DNA of 64,000 nucleotides from Hyaloraphidium curvatum SAG 235-1 (taxonomy: Eukaryota; Fungi; Monoblepharomycota): positions 248,001 through 312,000 of the forward strand of contig JAIVFI010000008.1 of the NCBI GenBank assembly GCA_025558095.1, in the 5' to 3' direction. Of this stretch, positions 1-12,653 are shown piece after piece (position 1 is the first letter of the stretch; every line of letters starts with the position of its first letter). The notes beneath the pieces are model-generated. The model was not told the origin of the DNA, ran no database searches, and saw only the letters and a list, made by a program, of their open reading frames with translations. The position numbers and the translations under genes were made by a program.

Positions 1-978
1 AGCGGTGTTCAACGGTCCCATCTTCAAGGCTCTCGTCGTTCTCCACAGTGCGTACAGATTCCTGCCGGGCTGCCCCGCCTCGGCACCATCTCCGACCGGG
101 CCCGTGCGCTGATCCTGCCTCCCACCGTCCTCTCCGAACTCCAGACGTCTTCCTCGCCGTCTTCTCGGCCCTGACGTTCCTCAACGCTGCGCCCCACGTC
201 TTCAACTTCTTCTACCAGGGCGGATTCAGCAAGGCCGCGGTAAGCTCGGCCCGAGGTGCCGAAAGGTGCCGTTGCTGACCCGTGTCGTGTGATCCAGTAC
301 TGCGATGCCAAGTCGGAGCTTTGGAATCCTTTCCTGCACTACTGGTCGTGGCTGTTCTACCTTTCGAAGTACTACGAGATCCTGGACACCGTGATCATTC
401 TTCTGCAAGGTCGGCTTGTCACGTTTGGCACTTCGCTGTAGCAACCGCTCACTGCCTGTCCTTCAACCGCGATTTCCAGGCAAGAAGACCTCGCTCCTGC
501 AGTCCTTCCACCACGCCGGTGCCATTCTCTCCATGTTCTGGTGCACCGCGTCCCAGACGACGGCCGTGTGGATCTTTGTCTGCTTCAACTCCTTCATCCA
601 CACCAGTGAGTTCGTCTTTGAAGCTTTGTGGCGCCGCGCTGACCGCTTCTTCCAGTCATGTACACCTACTACACCGCCTCGACCTTCGGCTTCCGCTTCC
701 CCTTCAAGTCCCTGATCACCTACTCGCAGATCACCCAGTTCCTGGTCGGCGACCCGCTGGCCATCTCGTACCTCCTCATCCCCGGCTGCATCAAGCACGA
801 CAGCCCCGACCTCCCGTGGTACCGGAACGAGCGGTGGTCTGACACCTACACCATCGTCTACGTGGCCGCCCTCGTCGTGCTCTTTGCCGACTTCGCAAAG
901 AAGTCGTACTCGAAGAAGGGCGCGAAAGCAAACGGCGCCAACGGCCATGCCAACGGGGCCGCGCTCAAGAAGGAGTGA
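1..978 (+). CDS. Fatty acid elongase, ELO/GNS1-SUR4 family; 5' end lies outside the window; introns at about 48-144, 240-297, 410-479 and 607-655
   Basis: Spliced translation gives LHNVFLAVFS, FYLSKYYEILDT, LQSFHH, NSFIH..MYTYY and ITYSQITQF, plus a C-terminal KKE ER-retrieval-like signal. Confidence 0.93.
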
Positions 979-1149
979 TCTGGGCTGCACACTGTAGGGA
1001 CCCGGATTGTTCGGATCGATGGACTCCGCCACGTGGAAGGAAGGGAGGAGAAAGATAAAGATGTTGTTTGACGGGCTGCAGCGCGCCAGCACGTGTTCAA
1101 CGAGTCAATTTCACAATCTAGACATCGTACAATGTGGAGTTCGTGGCCA

Positions 1150-4100
1150 TCACGCCGGTCCGCCGGTCGCCCCGTCGATCCTTTTGTTCGGCGGCAGACG
1201 CTTGAGCTTGTGCACATAGAACGATCCTCCGGCAGCTTTAGCCTGCTCGCTGCTGTTGGAAGACGACGACTGGTTCGTCAGGGGCGGTGTGTTTGGAGTA
1301 GCGGCGGGGTTGAGGATGGAGTCGGCGGTGGGGATCGACGAGGCCGACACAAGCGAATGGTCGTGCAGCGCCGTGAGGGCCGCAAGCGCAGTTGCTTCGT
1401 CCAAGCTGATGCGCGGGATCTGGATCGGCGGGGGCACCGCCTTCTCCGTGGCCACCGGCGCCTCATCTCCTGCACCCGTCGCCAAAGCCTGCGCACGGCC
1501 AGCCGGCGCTTCGCTCTGCGTCGGCACGGCCGCCATGTGAACGTCGCCAACGCCGACATGGTCCACCTCGGCCTTCATGGCGACGTCGGGGATGTTGATC
1601 CTGCTCACGGCCGACGCGCTGAGCACCGCACTGGAAGCTGATTCCGGCTGCGGGTCCACGTCCATGTCCTGAGGGCCCGAAGCCTGCGCCGACGGCGCCG
1701 CGATCGCCTCGAGGATGGAGGCGACGCTCACAGAGGCCACGGTCTCGACCGCCGAGGCAGGTTGGGCGTGCTCTGGCAACGGAGGGACCTGCTGCATCGC
1801 AGTACCCTGGTCCTGCTCCGCTGCCGAAGCAGCGCCTGGCGAAATGAGTCCGTCCGCGGCCGCACCGTCGCCGCCGTCCGCGTCGGCCCCGGCGCCAACC
1901 CGCTGGTACCCGCTGATTCCCAGAATCCCGGTTTTCTTCTTCTTGGGCTTCATGCGCGAAGGGTCCGGCAGCGGCAGATCGGCGACCTTGACCGGAGGAG
2001 GCTTGACGGGCTTCGGTGGCGGCCGGGGTTTCTTTGGCGGCGCGGTCTTTGCCGGAGGCTTCTCCTTCTCCTGCTTGGTTGCGGCTGGCTTCGCTGGCGG
2101 CGCCGACTTTGACGGCGGGGGAGGCGAAGCTTCCCTCTGCGCCTCCTTCTTGCGATCTCGCCGGTGTCGGTCCCGCTCGCGGTCCTCCTCCTCCTCGGAT
2201 CGTGCCGCGTCGTCCATCACCACGTCCTCCGTGGCCGACTCGTGCGCCAAGCGTTCCGCTTCCATCCTCGAAACCTCGAGCAGGCTCTCAATCATCGGGC
2301 TGCGGATCCGCTCCGGCTCGTCCTCGGCCGACGACCCGTGTTCGTGGGGCTCGTCGTAGAGTTGCGCGAGCGCGTCCAATTTCCGCGCGGCGCGGCGCGG
2401 GATAGGGGCACTGTCGATCACCGGCGACATTGAGCGCCGCCGTGCGCGCTTGGGCACATTGTCTAAAGAACGGTAAGCCAGCGACCAGATATCGCAGTGC
2501 AAGAAACGCACCTCGCCCATCGCGTTCCTTCTTGACCCGAACCGATCCGTCGACCATCTCCTCGTCCGAATCCGAAGACTCGGGCTCCACCTTGACCGCG
2601 GGGCTCGCGCTCCGCCTGCCCTTCTTGGACTTGCGCTCCTTCTCGCCGTCGCCCTTCCCTTTGGAGCCCTTGGACTTCTTGGCCTTGCCTTTGCGGCGCC
2701 CGCTGCCCCACTCGTCGAGGTCGTACGAGCCTTCCCGGCTGCTTCGCTGCTTTTCCTCGATCTCCTCCAGCTGCCGCCTGAGGATCGCGAGCTGCTCCTC
2801 CTCCTCCATGCGCATGCGGGTCTCGGGCGAAGGGCCGGGGGAGCCGTGCTCCGGCGCCGAGGACTTGGGCGGCCGGCCGCGCTTCTTCTGCGGCGTCGAC
2901 GGGTCCTCGGCGGCCTTGGGCTCCTTCTCCTTCTTCTTGTGGCTCTTGGACTTGGCCATCGGTCCCTCTTCGCGGTCGGAATGCCCCTTATCCTTGTCCT
3001 TGCGCTCCTTCTTCTTGGGCGGCTCTGACGGTTCGGCCGCGGACGCCTGCTTCTCCTCCGCCGGCGCCGCCTTGCCCTCGTGCGGCTGGTCCTTGGGCGC
3101 CGTCTTGCCCTCCTGCTTCTCGATGATCCGCATCAGCGCCTGCAGCTTCCTCTCCTCGCGGGTGACCGCCACGTCCTTGACCGCATCAAACCACGCGAAC
3201 CCCCATCCGAGCTGCGACGCCTCGCGCTCCATGCTGTGGTGCCCCTTGGCCGAGCGCCCGTTTTCGGAGCCCGTGCCGCCGTTGGCGGTGCCGCTGACGT
3301 GGGAGCTCGCGGATTCCGAGACGACGGAACCGGCGCGCACGTGGCCCGAGGAGCCGCGGCGGCCGTGCGTGGCGTGGTGGTGGTGCACGTGGCCGTTGGG
3401 CTGGTGGAAGGGGGCGCCGTCGCCATTGCCGCTCAGCTCCATGACCTCGGAAGAGCTGCCGGGGAAGGGGCGCATGATCCACTCGGGTTCGGAATGGGGG
3501 CGCCACGAGTCGGCCGGGCGGCGCAAGAGGTCCGCGCACGCGGCGTCCTCGCAGTCGTCCGGCGCGGCCTTGCCCGCGCGGTTGCGCAGGCTGGCATCGG
3601 CGCCGTATTTGAGGAGGAGTTCGACGACGGCCGAGTGCCCGTTGGTGGCCGCGTCGATTAGCGGCGTGTCCAGCTCGTCGTTTGCCGAGTCCACCTCGGA
3701 ACCAAGCCGCAGCAGGTGGTGCGCGGCGTCGGCGTGCCCGTACAGGCACGCCAAATGGAGCGGAGTGTAGCCGCAATTGTCCTTTCTGCGGACGTTGGCC
3801 CCGTAGAAAATCTGCGTCATGATCTCGGAGACATCGCCGGCCACGGCCGCGGCGTGCAGGGGGATCCTGCCCTCCGGATCGGCCGCGTTGACCTTGCAGA
3901 TCATCTCCTCCCACTTTGTCAGGCACTCGACCATCTCGGCGTCGTCGGCGACGTCCAGCGCGGTCTGGTTCTTCTGGTTCCGCGCGTTGAGGTGCGCGCC
4001 CGACTGCAGTAGCTTCTGGACCACGTCCACGTATCCGTTCTCGGCCGCGTCGTGGAGCGGCGTGTCGAGCACGTTGCAGGTGGCGTTGACGTCCGCGCCG

Positions 4101-4720
4101 TACTTTATCAGCAGGCTGGCCGTTTCCAGGTGGCCGTTCACGGCCGCCTTGTGCAGGGGCGTCCAGCCCCCGTAGTCCTTCAGGTTGACGTCCGCGCCGG
4201 CGTCGATGAGCTGGCGCACGGCCTCGAGGTCGCCGTGCTCGCAGTAGCGGAAGATGGGGGTCTGGCCCGACCGGTCCTGCACGTTGATGGCCTGCAGCTG
4301 AACGGGGCGGCGCTTCTTCCCCGGCGGGTTGGTGGCGAAAAGGACGCCCGTCCGCGGCGAGTGCTCCTTGGAGGAGCCGCCGCCGTCGCGGCCGCCGTGG
4401 CCGGGGCGGGAGGGTGCGGCCGAGTTGGATCTCTCGCTGCGGGCGTTCTCCTTTGCGGAGCCGGGGGGTTTGCCGGCGCCCTTCGAGGCGGGCTTGGAGG
4501 CCGAGGCGCTCTTCTTCTTCCCGCCGTCGGCCTTTGCCGGCCGCGAGTCCGACGAGGTCGACGAGAGGGAGGAGGAGCCGGAAGAAGAGGACGAGGTGTC
4601 GGAGTCGCTGGCGTCCGAGAGGTCGCTCGAGTCCGAGTCCCTCGAGCGCTTGCGGGAGTTCTGAGCGGCGTGGCCCATGGTGCCGTTCGGCTGCGGGCGC
4701 TTTTCGGTGGAGGTGGTCAT
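1150..4720 (-). CDS. Large ankyrin-repeat protein with Ser/Lys/Pro-rich disordered regions (Hos4/ANKRD11-12-like, putative chromatin co-repressor)
   Basis: About 6 ankyrin repeats (GQTPIF, GWTPLH, LDTPLH, GRIPLH, GYTPLH, LDTPLI) and an AT-hook-like KKRGRPPK. A 49 nt GT-AG intron at 2511-2463 joins ORFs 2288..4780 and 1150..2520 in frame. The start codon is uncertain. Confidence 0.8.
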
Positions 4721-5247
4721 CGCAACCCCGGCCTGCGCGAGGTGAGAGGGGGTTCCCCCTATTACGACAACGTCGCGCACACCTCCGAGCGGTCGCGCGC
4801 GGCCAGTGCTGCCTCAGCACATCCGGCGCCGGGCGGCCCGCGACGAATCACGCCCGCGGCACTCCGCTGAACGGGACGGCGAGTGCGGAGGGGGTTGGGC
4901 CCGCTCCCCGGCCCGAAAAACCGACGCCCCCGCCGGGCACTGGCAGAGAAAAACGAAAAGAATAGGTGGCTGCCTAAGCGCGGCCGCCAGGAGGGGCAGA
5001 AGGGGCCATCGGGGGTCAGTAAAGGAGGTTTCTCGGAACGAACCGCTGCGGGCGCAGCTGCGCAGGCGTTTCTCATCAGCTGATCCCACCCCGAAGAGCC
5101 GGGACGGTGCGACCTCCAAAATACCATTTTCCGTGCGGCCTAACACCGGAGGCAAGTCATCAGAGCATTCCATGGGGCGATCGCGACGTGGACGTCCCGG
5201 CAGCGCCGCCGCAGCCAGATCGGGCTCGTCAACATGGTATCGATTGA

Positions 5248-6722
5248 CTACAGAGGCGTCGCAAACCTCGTCCCGCCAAACTTGTGGACGGGGTTCAGCG
5301 GCGACGGCCGGTACACCGGCAGGGGGTATGTTGGCGTGGCAGACGGGACGGCCGAGAGCGCGTATCCCCTCCGTCCGCCGCGGCGGTTCCGCCTGGCCCG
5401 GGGCGTCAGATCCCGCGCGATAAGCCAAAAGGGAAACCCACCTCGGGTTCCTATCCCGCTCCCTCGTCAGCTTCACCAGGTCCGAGTCGGTGAGATCCTT
5501 GATGATGGGCTCCCAGTCGTCCTCCCGCATCCGGAACCCGTGCCGCCCGACCTCGGGAGCCTGCATCTCGTCCTCCCACGCTATCCGCGCGGCGACCAGC
5601 TGCTCGCGGATGCTGTGCGCGATGGAGGGGACGAATTCGGGGCCGAGCGCCATGTCGGCGCAGAGGATGCGGGCAAAGACCTCGGGGGTGACCTTGGTCG
5701 AGGAAGGCGAGAGGGGGTATTCGAACTTGTCGCGCAGGTGGGTGTTGCCGATTATCAAATCGAGCTGGCAGAATATGAGACGAATTTTAGCTGGGCGAAA
5801 CGGGGTCCGGCAAAGGCAAACGAACCCGAATGACCACCCTCAGCGTGTCCGAAGCATGGTCCACCGTCTTCCTCTCCTCCGCCTCCCCCGGGCTCGGTTC
5901 CTCGTCCGGCTCCGTCCGCTGCACCAGCGGTTCGTCCGGCACCACGGCCCCCTCGGGGTCCTCCGCCACCGCGGGCACGTACGCCGCGCACTGCGCGCGG
6001 ATCTGCGCGACGATGGACTGCACCAGCTGCGCATGCATGGTGGTCTTTTCCATCACCCGGCGGGGCTGGCCGCGCGGGCCGGGGACCATGACGTCCGCGA
6101 GGAGGAGGTGGGCAAAGTGTTCGGGGGTAATGAGGGTTTCTGTGGGCCAAGGAGGAGGGTCAGAGGTCAACCAGCGTCCCCAGTGACATCCGCCTCAATC
6201 TCCGACCCACCGTTGACGTTCCAAAGAAAGGTATCGGAGAGATGGAAGTTGTCGATGTCAAAGTCGATCCGAATGGGGACCAGCTTGACCGGGAGCGACG
6301 CGCACTCCTCGAGCTCGCTCCTCGTGCTGCCCCAGGCGGCCCGTCAGCCCCGCCGCAAAAAACGGCGGCGCGTCCGTAACCCACAAGTACAGGTGGTGGT
6401 TCTTTAGCCGCGCCTTCTTCTCCGAGTTGTACAGCACCATGCCCGAGAACGGCCTCGTCACGCTGATCTCGTCGTACGGGTCCGCGATCCCCGCCATGCC
6501 GCTCGTCTCGGACGTGTACGTGCGCCGCCCCGTGGGCGTGCCGCCGTACGTGTCGTCCTTGCGCGGGCGGCCGGGGCGGCGCTTGGCGGGCTGCTGCCGC
6601 GAGGACGACGAGTCGTCGCTGTCGGAGCCGTCGAAGTCGACCTCGTCGATGTTGACGTAGGCGCCCGCGCCGTACGGGTTGCTGGGGTTCGCGCGCACAT
6701 TGCGCACGGGCCGGCCCGCCAT
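5248..6722 (-). CDS. SNF5-domain chromatin remodelling subunit (Sfh1/Snf5 family), multi-exon
   Basis: LVPIRIDFDIDNFHLSDTFLWN, ITPEHFA, LRDKFEYPL and TPEVFARILCADMALGPEFVPSIAHSIREQL match the two SNF5 repeats. Confidence 0.88.
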
Positions 6723-6863
6723 GGCGGGCTGCAGCGGGGGCACAGGTGTTGGAGGAGCGCGTTCGGACGCGGTCAGCACCCGACCTCCCTCCCGGTGCCC
6801 GTTTTTCGCGAACCGTAGCGTCGATTTGCTTACACCGGGCTCCGGCCCCGCGGACCCGCGACC

Positions 6864-8222
6864 ATGGCCGATTCCAAGGGCAAAAAGCCGAGCGCGGTGC
6901 TCTCGATGCTGGCCGGCGGCTTTGCCGGCGGCGTCGAGGCCACCCTGACCTACCCGACCGAGTGGGTGCCCGCCGTCCCCTCCAACTTCGCCTCCTGACC
7001 AAATCCCATAGGTACGTCAAGACCCAGATGCAGCTCCAGGGCAAGCAGGGCGCCGGCGCCAAATTCAAGGGCCCGATCGACTGCGTCGTCAAGACGGTCC
7101 GGGAGCGCGGGATCGCGGGGCTGTACAAGGGGCTGTCCGCCATGGTCATCGGCAACTCGGCCAAGGCCGGGGTGCGGTTCGTCGCGTACGAGCAGTTCCA
7201 GAGGCTCGTCGCGGGGCCGGACGGGAAGGCGTCGAGCGGGGGGATGATGCTGGCGGGGCTGGGGGCGGGGATGACCGAGGCGGCGCTGGTGGTGACGCCG
7301 ACAGAGACGATCAAGTGGGCAATGCTCTGGCGTTGGCGTGCTGGACGGCAGCAGATTTCTGATCGTGCCCCCTTTTGTGGAACGGCGCGACCCGGACAGG
7401 ACCAAGCTGATCCACGACCAAAACTCCCCCTCCCCCCGCTTCCGCGGCCTCACCCACGCGACGGCCACCATCTTCCGGGAAGAAGGCATCGCGGGCATCT
7501 GGCGGGGTGTGGGGCCGGTCATGGCGCGGCAGGGGGCCAACCAGGCCGTTCGGTTCTCGGCGTACGGGACGATCAAGGATTGGATCTCGAAGCGGTACCC
7601 GGTGGACGCAAAGGGAAGACCGGTGACGCCGTGGTACGTCAGTTTCGGGAGCGGTCGGTGTGCTGCGGTTGTTTGGAGGCCGGTTCGGTGTTTGATTTGG
7701 CGTCGCTCAAACAGGCGTCGTCGCGGGCATTATCACCGTCTACGCGACCATGCCGGTGGACGTCGTCAAGGTTTGACGTTCTTCCACGCCCGCAACAGCA
7801 CCTGCTGACGGCCCGGACCGCAGACGAAGATGCAGTCGCTCGACGGCAAGCAAAAATACGGCAACTCGCTGCGCTGCGTGGCCATGGTGGCCAAGGAGGA
7901 GGGTATCCTCGCCTTCTGGAAGGGGGCAACGCCGCGATTAGGCCGGCTGATGGTGGGTGTCGCTCCAAAGGGGTTGGGAGCGGGTGGGGCGCGGGTGCGT
8001 TCCTTGGAGGGCGCGTTCGCTCCCAATCCTTCCCCTGCTCTTCTACCCCGCCCGTCATTTGAAGCAGGCTAACTTTCGCCATCCCCACGACAGTTCTCTG
8101 GAGCAATAGTCTTCACGACGTACGAACAGATCATGAAGGTGTTCGAAAGCGTGGGTTATCACCGCCGCGGACCGGCCCGACGGCTGATTTCGAAATCTTC
8201 CAACCAGTTAAATTGGACCTAG
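6864..8222 (+). CDS. CTP1: Mitochondrial citrate/tricarboxylate carrier (SLC25A1/Ctp1-like), multi-exon
   Basis: Carrier motifs YPTEYVKTQMQL, TPTETIK and MPVDVVKTKMQS; GNSAKAGVRF and RQGANQAVRF are typical of citrate carriers. Confidence 0.9.
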
Positions 8223-8651
8223 ATAGATTGTCTTGCTGCTCATGGCACGGTGGTGAAAGGTATAGAGGCGACTGGCTTGTGACAATGGGATGGCGCTTTT
8301 GTTTCTTCAGGCGCTCCCACCCTGTCCCTTGTCACGACTCACGACCGGACGTGAAGCCAAGCAGCAGCGGAATCCTCCTGTGCTTCGCCGCGCAGGAGCT
8401 CGGTCCTCTTAGCTGAGCGCACCGGGCCGGATTCCACGGCCGCCGGCCTCCGCCGAGTTCCGTTCCGCCGCCCGCCGCCCCTCGCGGCGCACCGACCGCC
8501 CGCTGATCCGAGGTCTATGAGTGCGTGAGCGCCGCGGCAGCTTCGCCACAGCGCCGCGGCAGCCGCCGGCCGGGGTCTCGGTGGGTGGCGCGGTCGCCGC
8601 CCCGCCGCCAACCGTAACCGTCGCCTCTCCTTTGGCAGACTCCCCCGCGGG

Positions 8652-9812
8652 ATGGCGTTTGCGGTGTCGCGCCGGCGCGGCGCCACCTACGTGAGCACGC
8701 CCGGCTCGTCGCCCGACGGCCCGCTCGGCCGCGCGTTCGGCCTGCCGTCCCCGGCCGCCAAGCTGTCGTACGCCTCGCTCGCCCGCGCCCGCCGCTCGCC
8801 CGACGCCGACTCGCGCACGCTGCTCGGCGAGGAGTCGCGGCGCACGCCCGAGGACCGCTTCCTCGGCCATGTGTCGCAGCTCGCCGCGGTCGTCTTCGAC
8901 TCGGTGTGGCGCGGCCACGGCGAGGGCGGCTTCGCGGCGCAGCCGAGGACCAGCAGGGAGCTGCAGCCGTTCCTGCACGCGCTGCTGCTGAGCACGCGCC
9001 CGATCACCGCAGCCAGCGTGCTCGCCGGCCTGTTCTACGTCGAGCGGCTGCGCAAGGCGCACCCCACGGCAAACGGAAGGGAGGGCTTCGAGGCCAGCGT
9101 CGTGACGTGCGCGCTGCTGCTCGCGACAAAGTTCTGGTCGGAGGACGGCCACGGCGACCGCGGCGAGCCCGCCCAGGTCGGCCTGCTGGACGGCCCGCTC
9201 GACGACGCCGAGGACGACGACTGCGCGTGCCGCTGCTGCCAGCGCAGGCGCGCCGCCGACGTGGAGGAGCCCACCCCCTACCTCGGCGGCGACGACTTTT
9301 GGCGCCCCAAGACGTACCGCGACATGGCCGCGCTGGACCCCGGCCGCAGGGACGTCTGGGACCTGGCCACGAGCGTCGAGGACGCGGCGGACGAGGACTG
9401 GCAGCCCGGGCGGCGCTCCAACGCCTACTGGGCCCGCCGCGCCGGCATCCCCCTCCGCGACCTCACGACCATGGAGGCCGAATTCCTCTCGGGGCTCGGC
9501 TTCCGGCTGTGCATCGCCCCGGACTGCTTCCTCCAGTGGCTGGGCCGCGTGGAGGAGCACGTGCGCGCGGACGTCAAGACGGGCGGCATCCGCCGCGGGA
9601 GGCACCTCCTTGCCGTCGTGCGCTCGGTGCGGGAGGAGGTGGCCGCCGGCATGCGCCGCGACTCGCTGCCCCCCGCGCTGGTGCGCTCGCCGGCGCCGCA
9701 GCACGGCCCGCGCAGGCCGGCGGACGACTTCCCGTTCGCCGCGCACCTGATCGAGCGCTCCATGACCCCGGAATCGGTGTCGTCGGACGCCACGGCCTCG
9801 ACGCCGTACTGA
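8652..9812 (+). CDS. PHO80/PCL-type (Pho85) cyclin-like protein, apparently single exon
   Basis: LFYVERL...ALLLATKF...SNAYWARRAGIPLRDLTTMEAEFLSGLGFRL is the cyclin-box signature of the Pcl/Pho80 family. Confidence 0.8.
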   Translation: MAFAVSRRRGATYVSTPGSSPDGPLGRAFGLPSPAAKLSYASLARARRSPDADSRTLLGEESRRTPEDRFLGHVSQLAAVVFDSVWRGHGEGGFAAQPRTSRELQPFLHALLLSTRPITAASVLAGLFYVERLRKAHPTANGREGFEASVVTCALLLATKFWSEDGHGDRGEPAQVGLLDGPLDDAEDDDCACRCCQRRRAADVEEPTPYLGGDDFWRPKTYRDMAALDPGRRDVWDLATSVEDAADEDWQPGRRSNAYWARRAGIPLRDLTTMEAEFLSGLGFRLCIAPDCFLQWLGRVEEHVRADVKTGGIRRGRHLLAVVRSVREEVAAGMRRDSLPPALVRSPAPQHGPRRPADDFPFAAHLIERSMTPESVSSDATASTPY

Positions 9813-10031
9813 ACGCCGGACGATCTCAAAAAGCGCGCGAGCGCCGCGCCGGACACTCGAATTGGAACCGCACTTTCTCGTCTCCTTCGTCCCCCGCGGA
9901 CACACACCGTTGGTAATGAATCAGCAACACTGCATGCGCATGCGCCAAAAAAAAGGAAGGTTGGCTCCGGTTTCCTAGACTCTACGTATAGGTCTCGCCG
10001 CGATCGGGAATGCAATCTCTATTCCCCCATC

Positions 10032-12653
10032 CTACGCGCCGCCCGATATCCCCTCCATCCCGTCCTCCCGCCCCTCGAGCCTGGGCAGCGGCCGGTTGGA
10101 GAACTCCACCATGGCCCTGCGGAGCGCCTCGACGTCCAGGGGCTTGGGCAGGAACCCGTGCATCCCCGCGCCGAGGCAGAGGTCGCGGTCCGAGGGGAGC
10201 GCGTTGGCGGTCAGCGCGACGATCCTGTGTCCCGGAGCGGGGGTCAGCTGCGCGGTGGGAGGGGAACGGGGGACGAACCAGGGCTGCTGCCCGCCGAGGT
10301 CCTCCGCGGCGATCATGCGGGTGGCTTCGATGCCGCTGGCGCGGGGCATCGACATGTCCTGCGGATACTGTCAGCGTGTGCGGAGGATGCGCAGCCGGGC
10401 GGAGCGAACCATGAGGACGATGTGGAACGGCCTGCGCTCCTCCCTGACGGCCCTGACGACCGCATCGACTGCCTGCACGCCGTCCAGCGCTGCCGCCGAA
10501 CACTGTCAGCCCCATGCGCACCCCATGTCCGCGCAGCAAAGACCCACCGAACTGCACGTCGGTGTACCCCAGCCTCCGCAGGAACTTGTGCGCCACCTTT
10601 GCGCCGATCGGGTTGTCCTCGGCCACCAGCACCCTCGTCGCGGCCGGCTGCGCGGCGCTCAGCATGCCCGCGGCCTCGGGCTCCCCCACGGCGCGGGCGC
10701 GGATGCGGGAGCCGATGCTTGATGCGAGGCGGGCGGCGTGCGCGTCGGGCGGGGAGCGCGGAGGGGGGGAGGGGAGGTCCCATGCGGCGGGGGCGTCGTT
10801 GCCGAGGGTGGAGGAGGAGAGGTCGGATGAGTGGCGCTCGTACGGGGCGCGGTCGAGCGGTTGCAGCGACGGGAAGAGGGAGGGCGGGGCGGGTTTGGCC
10901 GGGGGTTCGGGGAGCAGGTCGCCCGGGTCGGAGGAGGCGCGGCGGGGGGTGAGGGTGGGGCTGCGCGGGGTTTCGGCGGAGAGGCTGGGGCGGCGTCCGC
11001 GGGGTGCTGCTTCGAGGGTCGATGTGGAGCCCAGGGAGGAAGCGAGCTCCACGCCCGTGGGATCGGACCGCGTCTCGGCGTCGAGGTCGGGGGCGTCGAC
11101 GACCCCGACGGGCACGGTGAAGAAGAACTCGGAGCCGCGGCCGTACTCGCTGTCGAAGTCGATGGTGCCGCCCATGGCGTCGACGAGGGAGCGCACGATC
11201 GAGAGGCCGAGGCCGGTGCCCTCGTACCGCGGGCGGAACTTGCCATCCTGCGCATCGGCAGGGTGCATGCAGTCAGGCGGCATGCACGAGGGGCTGCGGC
11301 GAAGAGGCACGCACCACCTGCGAGAAACTCTTGAACAGCAAACCCCTCCTGTCCCCCGGTATCCCGATCCCCGTGTCGCGCACCCGCACCGTCAGCTCGT
11401 ACGCCCCCTTCCTGACCCCGGGCTCCGTCTCCTCCCCGTCCCCCGTCTCCCTCCCTTCCAGCGTCACCCTCACCGAGCCCCGCTCCGTGAACTTGACCGC
11501 GTTCGAGACCAGGTTGGTCAGGCACGTCCGCAGCTTGTCCGCGTCCCCCCAGAGCACCATTCCCTGGGGCACCGAGCTCCCGTACAGCAGCTCCACCCCT
11601 TTCGCCCACGCCCTGAGCTCCAGCAGCCTCAGGCTCGGGGCGACCACGTCCTCCTCGGCGCGGAAGGGGTGCTCCGCGGGGGCCAGCATGCCCGCCTGGG
11701 ACTTGGAGAAGATGAGCACGCCGTCGACGGTGCGGAGCAGCTCGTCCGCGCAGTCCTTGATGATCTGCACGCTCTCGGCCTGCTCCGCGCTGAGGGAGCC
11801 GTCGGGCTTGGCGCGCGAGTCGCGGCGGTGCGTCGAGGAGGAGGAGGAGCCGCCCGAGGTGCCGCGGGCCCGAGAGGAGCCGGTCATGGAGGTCGAGGAG
11901 GACCATTGCCGGGCAAAGGCCGGCAGGGGCTGGCCGGCGGGGGAGAGGAAGGGGGGTTCGGAGGGAGGGGACGAGGTGGGGTCGTCGTCGGCCTGCTCGG
12001 CGGCGTGGAGGAGGGAGGAGACCATGCCGAGGATGCCGTTGAGCGGGGTTCTGCGGAGGAGGGCGGGGGATGCATGCGGGGTTCGGTGGGTTGCGGCGGA
12101 TGCGGGGATCCGGGAGAACGGGCGGCCACGCCGGGGAGGCGTCCGATCAGATTCCGCATGCGAGTACGGCGACCCTCCCATACCTCAGTTCGTGCGAAAC
12201 GGTCGCGATGAACAGCGCCCGGGCGTCCGATTCACGCTTGAGGTCGTCGCACCGTCCCTGCAGCTCGGCGTTTGCCCGGACCAGCTCGGCGTTGCGGTCC
12301 GCGAGCTGGCGGTTCGACGCCTTCAGGCCGTCGACGTACTCGGGCAGCGGCGTGCCCGGCAGCGGCGTCGGCGGGCCGCGCGGCGAGGAGGGCTCCGATC
12401 TGCGGCGGCCGTGCGCGGGCGAGGGCGGGACGGGCGTTGCGGGGGCGGCGGGGCGCGCGGCGTCGAACCAGCAGGCGCCGGGCGGGTGCTCAGCCTTTGG
12501 AGGCGTGCCCGCAGCGGAGTGCCGCCAGCCGCCGCCGCAGACGAAGGCGCAGTGCGCGTGCAGCAGCGCGGCCAGGTTGCGGTTGTCGTCCCGCAGGGCG
12601 CTCAGCTCGGCGTCGAACAGCGGCACGCGCGGCGGCGGCACCGGCGCGGGCAT
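10032..12653 (-). CDS. Hybrid histidine kinase (HisKA, HATPase_c and receiver domain), multi-exon
   Basis: H-box FIATVSHELR|TPLNGILGM; N-box LTNLVSNAVKFT; G1 VRDTGIGI; G2 EGTGLGLSI; receiver VLVAEDN..LM|DMSMP..ALTANA..FLPKP. Confidence 0.93.
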
